From: Octopus bimaculoides
Taxonomy: Eukaryota
Assembly (NCBI RefSeq): GCF_001194135.2
Contig: NC_068981.1
Span: forward strand, 103,655,894 to 103,719,893
Length of the DNA stretch: 64,000 nucleotides
Direction: 5' to 3'
Shown: positions 50,417 through 62,049 of the stretch, in pieces
How the letters are laid out: each line of letters opens with the position of its first letter
How positions within the stretch are numbered: the first letter of the stretch is position 1
The notes under the pieces: generated by a model
Databases searched by the model: none
Told to the model about the DNA's origin: nothing
The model's input: only the letters and a program-made list of their open reading frames with translations
Made by a program: the position numbers and the translations under genes

Positions 50417-53204
50417 TCTCTTCTTATAGCATTTTTTTTTTACCGTTTCGTGTCGAAGTGCTCATAGGTTTGTCCTTGTCTACCATGTATTCTAGTTTCT
50501 TTGGAGGGGTCTTTTATTGTATGTTAGAACAAAAAAGTATAACTTCTCGCTCGGCCTTCATTTCGTGGAGAAAGCGGCAACAGTACCTGGTTCCCCGTGA
50601 TTTTCTCACAGCGTAGTTGATTCTTGCTTGGGAGAGTGAAAATGACGAAAAGAGAAAACCTACCGAGCACTTGGCTAGTATCTTATTGATTTCGGAAGGA
50701 TGAAATGATGCAAAGTCGATTACAGCATGCAAAGAGACAGAACAAACACGGCAAAATATTTGTCCGACTCTCTAACGATTTAACCATTTGAACACATGGT
50801 GTTTAAAAGAGGAGTTTAATAGATGACACAACGAAATATCTTAACATATAAAAGTAACTATATGCATGTCCTAAGTTGTAGGCTGGAATTTTGAAGCTAC
50901 TTGGCTGAAATGTTGCATAAGAACCATATTTTCTCAAGAAGCTCATAGACTATATGACTTTTTATGATACTTTTAATAAACCCAGATAAGGACGGATATT
51001 GCTGAAAGTATTATATATATATGCTCTTTGATACGCAGCCTAGGCAGAAATCGTATTGGCCATAATGAACAATATTCCAGATTATTTCTTTCGAGAAAAG
51101 GTTTAAGTTTCAACAAGATTATCAGTAATATCAGCCCCTGACAAATTATCAGACAGAAATGTAACATACTCGTAATGGAAACACGATTTGAGGCTTTGAT
51201 ATCCCAGGTAAGTAATCTTTTCTACTATAGGTTTGCTCCAGTGGGACTGATCTGATCCTAAGCAACAACAATGTCAAAACTGTCAATGTGACCTTCCTTG
51301 TTTACGGACAATGTAGTTTGAGTTCAGAAGGGTTTGGGCAGTTATTACATTTCGGAGGAGGAGGCTAAACGATTGCATCGACCCCAGTACTCAACTGGTT
51401 GGTACTTATTTTATTGACCACAAAGGATGAAAACAAAGACGACCTCAGCGGATTTTGAACTCGCATCATTTTGTCTGGTGTGCTAACGATTCTGCCAGCT
51501 ATATTCAAGAATTAAGTAGCATCTGTAGTTTGACTTCAGCCACGGCCATAATCATAATCTTAATACACAAACAACAAAACAGCAGTTAACAACTGAAGTA
51601 GACAAATCAACGAGGAATTTTCAGTACTGTCTCTTCGGTATGCTGGAAATAGCAGCCAAATTTTCGGATACATTGGATAATGTGTTTCTAGATAACTACG
51701 TCTGAATAAAATACGAAAGGGTCATGACAAGGGTATCTTTATCCATAACTGCTTAACAATAGCAAGAGTGGTTGTAGAAGCAGAAGAAATATTAGTACCA
51801 ATAGCAACATCAGCAGCTTTCCAGATATACGCAACTTCATTGTAAGATAACTGACCGCTTTCCACTAATTTCTGGAGCTAATTTTTCATATCTATCTTTC
51901 TTGTTATGACACTTCGCTCAAATTGTCCCGAGAAACTGTTAGTTTATCAAAAGTTGTTTTCTCCCTCTCCGATGCATCTACTGCTAAAACCTGTCTCGAT
52001 TTAGATACAGCAATTTAATTTGGTAGTGTGGTTTTAGCTTCGCCACAACATTATTTCATTTTCCCGTTATCTCCCGAATCCTATTTCTTTTTAGCTACAT
52101 AACCACATTTATTATATTTAATAGTCTTCCATTTATTAGCCAGAATTACTGTTGTAATTGATTTTACTACACTATCTCACAGTTCGTTGTTCCTATACAA
52201 GAACCAACCTGACTTCAAGCAGAGATAAACTATTGAAGAGGTGCTTTTATCTAGACGTTCAGTTTCCATTTCATATCATTTGATCTTCTTCATCTTATGT
52301 AGGTTAACTGATTAACACGTCATAGTTAAATTTTATTAGGAACTGCAGATCTATAGAATTCTTATTTCTACACGTCTATATGGACATATTTGATGTTTTC
52401 TGCAACCCCATCCCCATTAAAAGCTTTTTCTCTAATCTCATTGTGATAGAACATATAATTTATATGTATCATTCATAAATAACCTCTTAGTCCTATATTT
52501 TACGTATAGCGAACTATATCGCTCAGCAAAAACAAAAAACAAAAACAACAAAAACAAAATAGCGAAAAACCGATGCTTATCGGGCGATGAGAATGACAAC
52601 TATATTTTCTGTACGATAAACAAGACTTGTCAAAGGCGGAACGACAATATAAGTGAAATAAGATGAACCCTGGTAACTCTTTATATGGGTAACAGGGTTA
52701 GAGGCTAAATACTGAGCAAGATCTTTTCGGTTAAATGCTACAATAGATGTCGAGTCTGTCTTAACCTTCAGCTGTCTTGAGTAAATCAACAGATAATTCT
52801 GACGAAACCTGGCACAGGCACTACCTGTTGTTGTTGTTGTTGTTGTTGCTTAGCCCCCATGGTAACTTTGACTTACTAAACATTTGAGCAAATGCATTAC
52901 TACTAAGACCATTGCAATTTTTCCTGGTAAATCTAGGCTTCGAATAGATATAAACTGTAGAGCATCGGAGAGAATGCATTATGGTATTTGTTCTGGTTCT
53001 CTGTGTGCTAAGTTCGAATCCTCTCTGGGAGAAATTTGGCTTTCAGCTTTTCAGTGTCAACAAAGTACAAATCAAGGGATGGTTGGTTAGCTAGATATTA
53101 GCGTATTGCAGCATCGAACGAAATACCACATGATATCCGTTTCGGTTCTGTTTATTCGGGGTTCAAATCCTTATATTCTGTTCCAAAAAAAAAAAGAAAG
53201 AAAA

Positions 53205-53572
53205 GGCAGGCGTGGCTGTGTAGTAAGAAGCTTGCTTCTCAACCACATGGTTCTGGATTCAGTCCCACTGCGTAGCACCTTGGGCGAGTGTCTTTTGCTA
53301 TTGCCTTGGGTTAACCAATACCTTGTGAGTGGATTTGGTAGACGGAAACTGAAAGAAGCTTGTCGTGTGTGTGTTTGTCCTCCACCACCCCTTGACAACA
53401 GGTTTTGATGTGTTTACGTCCCTGTAACTGAGCGGTTCGGTAAAAGATTCGATAGAATAAGCGCCAGACTTCAAAAAAATAAGTACTGGGGTCGATTCAT
53501 TTGACTAAAAGGTTCTTCAAAGCGGTGCCCCAGCATGGCCTCAGTCTAATGACTGAAACAAGAATAAAATAT
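53205..53572 (+). mobile_element. Family A SINE, full length, older
   Basis: ggcgtggctgtgtagtaagaagcttgc...caccttgggcgagtgtcttttg...gcggtgccccagcatggcc. Confidence 0.88.
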
Positions 53573-53854
53573 TTCAGATTATTTACAATGTCAGTCGACA
53601 GGAAAGAATGCCAGAAGACTTTCAAGCCCGATGTACTTACCAAAAACAATGAACGAACGAAATTTTGTACTACTTTACTTTGCATTGTGCCTTTCTTTGT
53701 TTACGACTGGAGTTTAATTTTGGACAGATTTAACTGCTATTTCTAATACATCAAGTGATCAGGTAGAGCTTATCTTCGCTTTCTCTCCGTTCTACTGCAA
53801 GGGATCAGCAGTTCGTTTTTGTAATGGCCTACTTTAAAAATTTTTGCCTTTACT

Positions 53855-54055
53855 AAGAATCGTTAGCCCGATAGGTAAAATGCTTAGCGGCATTTCGTCC
53901 GTCTTTTCTTTTCTGAGTTCAAATCCCATTGAAGTCGACTTTGCTTTGCATCCTATTGAGATTGATAAAAGAAGTACCAGTTGAGCACTGGAGTAGATGT
54001 AATCCATTTACCCCTTCTCTTAAACTTGCTGGTCTTGTGCCAAAATTTGAAACCA
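53855..54055 (+). mobile_element. Family B SINE
   Basis: gaatcgttagccc..aaatgcttagcggcatttcgtcc..gtcgactttgctttgcatcc..gtgccaaaatttgaaacc. Confidence 0.82.
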
Positions 54056-54929
54056 ATAGTTTTGCATTTACCCATGGCCCATATGAATATCATATATTTT
54101 ACGTATAAATCTATCACCGCTTATCGCTGGCCCATTTCCATCTCTGGACACAAAAGACTTTCTAAATAATTCACAAAAACATTAAATTTGAAACATTTTT
54201 TAGAAGGTCTGTGCTTTCTACAGAACACTTCGGTACTCCATTTGTTGAGACCCCTGATATCAGAGAAAAAGCTGACTAACTCTTCAAACCTTTTTGACTA
54301 CAACTTGAGAAACTGCTTAGGTTCTGTACATGACAACTGTTGTCTCTAAGAGAGGTAGCACTTATTATGTTTCATAATGCCACTATAATCGTCATCATAA
54401 AAAAAATACACGTATACCATTATTATGACTATGAACACCTACAATTAAGCCAGTGAAGGAGAACTATATGGTCGCTCGATACGCTGGAAATAGCAGCTAA
54501 AATTCGCCTAAATCCTACTGTATCTCCTTTGACAATACATTTGAACCCAGAAAGAAAAAACACTAGACAGTCAAGACTAGAACGTCTTTAATGGTTCGCC
54601 TGCTTTGTAAGGACTGACAAGGATGAAGACAACAGCGCGCCTGTCTTGTCTACTATCGAATAATTTTTTAAATAAATAATAAAGACAATGAAAATAGTAA
54701 GCCATCCGATTGAATGTGTTATGACATTCAGTCTCGTTACTTTTAGTCCTGAGTTCAATTTCATCTAAACGTGATTTAATTTTTCATATTTTTCGTGCTT
54801 GATTAAAAAAAAAACGTATTTGTAATATGTTGGAATCAATTTTATTCTCAACACGACTTACATTGAAGATTAGCCTGATTTGTAGGTTTCTTTGCTTTCG
54901 CTTTATTTATTATTTATCTTAGATGAGTA

Positions 54930-55225
54930 TCTTCTACTTTAGTCTCTGGCCGACCAATACTTTGTGAGTAAATTTGGTAGACAGAAACTGTGCGGAATCC
55001 CATTGAATATGTGTGTATTTGTGTTTGTCACGACCACCACACTAATGTTAGTCTGTTTACATCCCCATTACATAGTAGTTCGACAAAATAGACCGATGGA
55101 ATAAGTACCAGACTTTAACAAATTAAGTATTGGGGTTGATTTGTTCGACTAAAAAAAAAGAAAGCCTTCAAGGTGGTGCCCCAGCATGGCCGTAGTCCAG
55201 TGACTGAAACAAAAGATAAAGGGTA
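54930..55225 (+). mobile_element. Family A SINE, 5'-truncated
   Basis: ggccgaccaatactttgtgagtaaatttggtagacagaaactg...ggtggtgccccagcatggccgtagtcc. Confidence 0.8.
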
Positions 55226-55497
55226 AAAGAAAAGTAATACACGCCTTTTTCGTCTTGACATATGTCAATAATAGATAAACATTAGAACATAAACCAGCGA
55301 CAAAATTCATATTGTCTGTTTTATTATTCTGACATATTTTGATATTATTTGATATCACGTCATTTAACTCAGTGTCAGTGGTGCTTTCTTCTTTCTTTTT
55401 TTTTTCTTTTTTTGTTTTGTTATGGACTGCTGTAAAATCACGTCTAGCTACAAAGAAACCATGTCCACAATCTAACTGATGTTTGATATAGATAGAT

Positions 55498-55905
<408 letters not shown>

Positions 55906-56261
55906 TTCAAATGTGTGTATATACAGTAGAACCTCGGTTTTCGAATAACTCTGATCACGAATAAATCGTACTTTATCTCCTGTCTTTCTCATATTCATTT
56001 AATACAGTAGTACTTCGGTGGACAAACGAAAGAAGGGCACTCCGCATGTTTATTGAGAGTTACATGTATGGATCATAACAGTCTGATTGGGAATTTGAAG
56101 CTTATTAATTTCCTACACCAAGATGGATGAAGATTAGCATCACGCTTGAAACTCAGTGTACCAACGACATTGAATCAAACTGTATTGGTTCATTCACACG
56201 CACACACACACGCACGCACACACACACACACACACACATATAAGCATACACNNNNNNNNNN

Positions 56262-56300
<39 letters not shown>

Positions 56301-56302
<2 letters not shown>

Positions 56303-57072
56303 AGGGCATTAATACACATAAATTCCTCATGCTATTAGGGACTATTAAAGTTAAAACTACCACAATAAATATAGTGTACCGAACGCGAGGGGATGCAACT
56401 CTAGAAGCGAGCTCCTTAAAAACAGATTGAGCCGCATATCATATGATCTCATAATTAGTGCACAAAATACACTTTTTAATCGTCAATGCAGGCATAATCA
56501 AGACACATAAAAATGAACAAAAATCAATATACCACACGAACACCAAATGTATCCAACATAGCACATTAGAGTTGTTCACTCGTATACATCTATGTAAAAG
56601 ATGGGCTTTTCGAATTACATCTCGGTACACGTGTATATTCAGAATAATTCAGCACTAAATATATTCCGGTTAAATTTAAAATAGGATAAAATCTTTATAA
56701 GAATTTATCAAGTAGTCAGCGTGAAAACACTTCATAAGGGAAAAATTATAATTATTCCCTTTAAATATATTTATTTATATTAAGGGCATTAATACACATA
56801 AAACTGTATTTATTATGGTAGTTTTGACTTTAAGTGTCCCTCATAGCGTGAGGCATTTATGTGTATTAATGTAATTTGAAAAGTCCGCCTCTTACATAGA
56901 TATATAAGTGTGAACATTTCTATGTACCATGTTGGATACATTTGGTGTTCGTCTGGTATGTTGAATTTTGTTCATTTTTGTGTCTTGATTATGCCTGCAC
57001 TGGCGATTATAAAGTGCATTATGTACACTAACTATGAAATCATATGATTTGCGACTGAATCTATTTTAAGAG
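56301..57072. repeat. Interrupted fold-back: about 200-bp inverted arms plus an internal 16-bp-TIR mini-hairpin
   Basis: 56415-56618 aligns to the reverse complement of 56873-57072 (roughly 80%); aagggcattaatacacataaa at 56301 and 56783; tttatgtgtattaatg at about 56856. Confidence 0.85.
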
Positions 57073-57487
57073 GCGACTTTGAGGATTTTAGTGGACTGGA
57101 GCAAGTTGCCTTAAGACGGTAGGGTGCAAGAAGTTTTCTTAACATGTGTAATAACTCTATTTGTGTTGCTATCTCCCTATGGATATTTTTTCCTATAAAA
57201 GCAAACTTTTTATATGAAATATCTTAGTTCAGTGTAGATGACGCCTGCGTGCTGGAGGATAAGTAGTGAAGAGTATAGCATCTGCATAACGGAGAGTGAT
57301 CTCTTACAAGTGACAGCAAGTAAGTTGTTAATTTATAAAAAGAATTACCGTATATTAGAGTGTACAAAAATTGATAGTGTGTACCTAGATGTATTTCTTT
57401 GTAGCATCCTAGATCAGCCATGTACAAGAAAGACACAACAAAAAGAGTAACCCAGTCTTTACTATTTCGTTGATTCATTAAATAAAA

Positions 57488-57812
57488 AACTGGCACTCCG
57501 TCCGTTGTGACGACAAGTGTTCCAGGAGGTCCGATTAATGGAACAGCCTGCGAGTGAAATTAGCATGCAAGTGGCTCAGTAATATACAGACACCCGTACC
57601 TTTAACATAGTTCTCAGGGAGATTCAGTATGATATAAAATGTGACAAGGCTGGTCCTATGAATTACAGATACAACTCATTTTTGCCAGCTGAGTGGACTG
57701 GAGCAACGTGAAATAAAGTGTTTTGCTCAAGGGCAGAACACGCCATCGAGAATCGAACTCAAGCTAATGATCGTCAGCCGAATACCCACCAACCACCAAG
57801 CCTCGCACCTTC
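57488..57812 (-). mobile_element. Older family C SINE related to 62080-62454
   Basis: ggcactccgtcc..gttccag..ggaacagcctgc..gaaatta..tgcaagtggct shared with 62090-62270. Confidence 0.8.
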
Positions 57813-57956
57813 ACTTGCTCCATTAACTGTCGATGATAAAACCCAACATTAATGTAAAATCCTTATACAAAGAAAAGACGAAAGACGTAGAACATTCTGC
57901 TTCGTATGCGGTACTCTGGCAAAATAAACTAAAAAGAAATCGTATGAAATATAAAC

Positions 57957-58002
57957 CTGTTCTGGAACACATCATTGGAGGTGATGGTTGTCACCAGAGA
58001 TG
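57957..58002 (-). CDS. Candidate 46-nt exon of an unidentified gene
   Basis: gttgtccctttcag acceptor; single open frame xSLVTTITSNDVFQN with 10/14 G/C-ending codons; weak donor gtttat. Confidence 0.35.
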
Positions 58003-59651
58003 CTGAAAGGGACAACGATGTGTGATATATACATGTTTAATAACTAAAAGGTGGGTTTTGTTAAATAAAAATGTTGACTTGTAGATTTTATATATTCCAA
58101 ACCATCAAGCTGTTATTAATGGCAGTTGTTAAGAAAGAATTCGATAATGGGTTTTCGAGGTTGGATGTCAATTTTATAGAAGTATTCAGAAAGGGCATAT
58201 AAATTTAAGCAAAAATTTGCAAAGGAAAACGTCTAATGGTGATAATAGTCATGCTATATATATTAGCAAAGATTATTATCGCTGTTGTTGTTGTTGTTGT
58301 TGTCAGTCCTAATCAAGTAGATGTAGGATCAAATGCATCGTTTTCAGATTTAGTTTTGCTATAATCATTTTTATTTATATAATTCTTTATTATTTTGTGA
58401 TTTAAGGGAGTTTGAACAGCTATTTTTAGATGTTTAGATTTTTAAAAAGTTAAGTAGCTGCTTGCATGCTTATTCATCTGATACATTGACACATAAGAAA
58501 ATTGTAATTTTAGTAAGGTTTCATTATTAATTGCCATATCTGGTTAAAACTCTATAATTGAGGACATTTTGGACTAACCATAAAAGCCTTAAAAAAATGA
58601 AGAAAAACTTATAACTAGAATACATGAATGAGACTGACAAGCTTGTGTAAGTCTTCATGTCAAATAAACCTTGTCCGTTTATGTAGCAACGTAAAATACA
58701 GAAGAAACGACCCGATAAGATCAAATCCCCAATTTGGTATTACACATTCATAAAAACTGCCACATTTGCAATTCTAATTGATAAATGAATGGACGGATAT
58801 GGCCAATTATGATCTGTTTATTGTCCATGTATGTATGTGTGGGTGTATGTGTATGAGTAACTGTGTGTATGTGTGAGCGCATGCATGTGCGAGAAGGAGA
58901 GAGAGTGAAAGATGATACCAATGTGAAAAATTCTATTCACCGTGATAAACATCTACCAGAAACAGCGCGAGGTGTTTACATTCATGCAAATCGATATTTA
59001 CTTATATTTGTCAAATTATTTATTTAATTATCTATTTATTTATTTATTTATTTGCAAAGAGACTTGAATGTCAAATGAAAAATGATCCTCTGTATACGCT
59101 GTCAGTACTCTCTATCTTGGTATCTATGATATAACAAATCGACTTCAAACGAAACGGAGTGGCTCCAATTACGATTAGCACTCATCTAACATATTCCTGA
59201 TTCCAGATAGTATAAAACTTCACAAGGCTTGATTTTTTATAATCGCTATGAATCATGGGAATGCTTTTTAGGTAAAGCTTTACCTCCACTAACCAGTGAT
59301 AGCGTATCCAACACTTTTTTCTTAATTCCTTGACAACAGCTTCCATTTTCTGATTCTGTTCGTTAGTTCTATTATCATAAAATCAAACGGGTTTCCCATT
59401 ATATATTTCTGCTAATACATATTTTTTTATTATCTTGAGTTTTTATTGTTTTGCTTTGTTTTGTTTTGTTTTTCACTGTCGTTGTCAACCTCTAAAATTG
59501 AAAGTTAATAAACGTATTAGCTTGATGCGTTAACAACACCATTGAATGCAATACAGTATCGAACACACGTAAACGTCTTGATGTGCGATGCAGCTTCCGG
59601 TTTCTGCTTATGTATTTATTGTACGTATGTGTATATATGAATCACACACAG

Positions 59652-59707
<56 letters not shown>
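59652..59707. repeat. (GATA)n microsatellite
   Basis: Direct run. Confidence 0.95.
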
Positions 59708-59708
<1 letters not shown>

Positions 59709-60244
59709 TGCGAGCGCGCGTGTGATAACCGGCCGCACATCATGCCTAAGGTTCGAGGGATGGTGTCATGTCATCTGCGTTACGTCATGTCTCGAGTTTA
59801 AGAAGCTCTTTTAACAACCAAGTCTAATCACCCCTAAGAATAGTTCACCGTTATAAGCAGCAGAAACATTGTAGTTCGTTGGCTTAGTGTATTGTATTCA
59901 AATCCACCGACGGGAAAAGCTACCCATGATAGACAAATGTCACATTGAAGGGAGGATAAAAACCTCATGTACTTATGCCTTTAGATAATGGAACAGAACT
60001 GTCAGCTAAATGAATCGTTATGATCTCAATAAGATTAGCTTCATTCACAATATTTGCTTCACAAAGTAATTGAAATAATCATGTATATAGAGGGCATATT
60101 GCCTCTACTTTGCCGATTCTGACTAGATTATTAAAAATAGTCTTTAATAATGACCATAGCCTAGAAGGAAAAAGGGCGGAGTTAATTTATTAGATGTGAA
60201 AAGTATTGCATTATCTAGACTGAGTATATCGCTATATTTGTCAG

Positions 60245-60445
60245 CCATATTTGGGATATGTATATGCATTTGTCATTCTGTGATCTACGACAGACAGCCA
60301 TTATATTGGACTGCATTTCACAGCCCCATAACAAACTAATATGAGACATATCCGGTTTGCAACAGCCATGAGGACGGTTGTAGTTATGTGTTTAATTAGC
60401 AGCCTGTTTGTATAAAAGTTCTGCTTGAACGGAGCTATTCAACGA
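60245..60445 (+). promoter_or_regulatory. Candidate Pol II promoter: CArG box, TATA box, initiator
   Basis: CCATATTTGG at 60245-60254; TATAAAAG at 60411; ttcA with A at 60441 (30 nt from the TATA start); repeat-free context. Confidence 0.3.
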
Positions 60446-60744
60446 AAACAGAAGAAAAAACAATAATAGCAAAAACAACAACAATTTATATGCCCGTAAC
60501 TAAATTACACTGCAAATACACACAATTTCCATATGTTGTTATGTCTCATTCACAGCAACTGCTCCATATGGTGAAAGAAAATAATCAGAAAGGATTTTTT
60601 TTCCACACTACAAGATTTAACTGCAATTCACAGGAAAGCTTGGAGGAAAATTAGAGATGTTGTTACCAGAAATGTGGCCATAAACTTATCAAAAGAACCA
60701 GTCTTCGGTGACACGAGTGTATTAATAATTGTTTTTGTAATAGA

Positions 60745-61020
60745 CAGGTTTGAAGGGTGTTAGTCGAGTACATAGACTCCAGTATGCTTATCATTGACCG
60801 GCATATTATTCTCTTTTCCCCGAAAAGATGAAAGGCAACGTTCGTCTCGGCGGATTTGAACTCAGAACATAAAGTGACGGAAGAAATATCTCAAAATATA
60901 TTTTCGCCGCTCTAACGATTCTGTCAATCCACTGCCCACATGAGAGTATTAATGATCCTTTCTACTATAGGCACAAGGCCTGAAATTATGGAGGAGGGAC
61001 GATTACATCGACCCCAGCAC
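60745..61020 (-). mobile_element. Family B SINE plus a second tail fragment
   Basis: cgaaaagatgaaaggcaacgttcgtctcggcggatttgaactcagaac; ttctactataggcacaaggcctgaaatt. Confidence 0.78.
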
Positions 61021-62049
61021 TAATTGTTACCGTTCCTCAAAACGCTACACACGTATATGTTTAAATGAACTGTGGAAGGTTAAAGTGCCGACTTACTATA
61101 GCATAGATATGTCTTATAGTCAAAAATGAAAACAGCGACTTAAGATAAATGTAGAGTTATTTCTTGCTTAAATATTATACAAACTGTCTAAGCCTATTCC
61201 GCGATATTATTGCAATTTCAACTGAGTAGGCGCAAAGAGAGGAATGTTAGTAGTTACTGAAAAACTAAATAATAATACTGTGCTGTCCGACGTAAAATTA
61301 AAGTAATTAACTTATTGCAATGTGGTTTGATTGCTAAGACTTTATTCACCATTTATGGTTGCTGGAGTCATTGCTCTTGAGAAAAGTAAGGCATTTGCTG
61401 CTTTGGTTTACCACCATTGAAAGACTTACAAAGAGCTGGTTATTCCTTCTCACTCTTGTAACTGAAAGCCCAATGATCACCTAATTTTGAAAATCTCACG
61501 AAAGAAATATTTTGAAGAGACAGTCCGTATGATTCTGTTAAGTTTGGCCGAAAACCCAGTATATTTTTTGGAACCACCCAATATTCATACGTTAGGGTCT
61601 ACAGCAGAAGTAAATATGAATGTAGACATTTTTTATGGACCGTCTTAAAAATTCTACATTGAAAATATGCAAAATGCTTTGAAACAGCAAGATTTAATAA
61701 CGTTTTTAGGTATCAGAATATAATTTAATCACAACTAAAGGGTCGTACGTAATAGCTGAACACGATACAACCACTTTTCAAAAGAAAAACATTAGCATCA
61801 TGAACTCTCTATCTTTCCTACTATACAAAATGAGTGCTACAAATACCTAGGAATTGACGAAATACAAATGTATTGTGAACGAAGATTGAATAACCAAAAA
61901 GTATTGCACCGTTTTTTATAAAAAGAAGTTTGCAGTCGGGAGTTTCTTGTTACGGGGATACATTTACAGTGCTAGTAATATTGGTTTCAAATTTTGGCAC
62001 AAGGCCATCAATTTAAAGGGCGGAGTTAAACCGATTACATCGATTCCAG

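Noticed and set aside
42993-52812. ctgatgag (about 42995) and ctgacgaaac (about 52799) as hammerhead cores
   Set aside because: The required stem II / GAAA / stem III arrangement is absent.
59270-59285. 16-bp palindrome aggtaaagctttacct
   Set aside because: An isolated AT-rich palindrome with no supporting context; could be chance.
61740-61870. YKYLGIDE-like RT fragment
   Set aside because: A single short motif without supporting flanking motifs.
61930-61976. ...gtgctagt as a second Helitron 3' end
   Set aside because: CTAG-T is present but there is no convincing subterminal hairpin.
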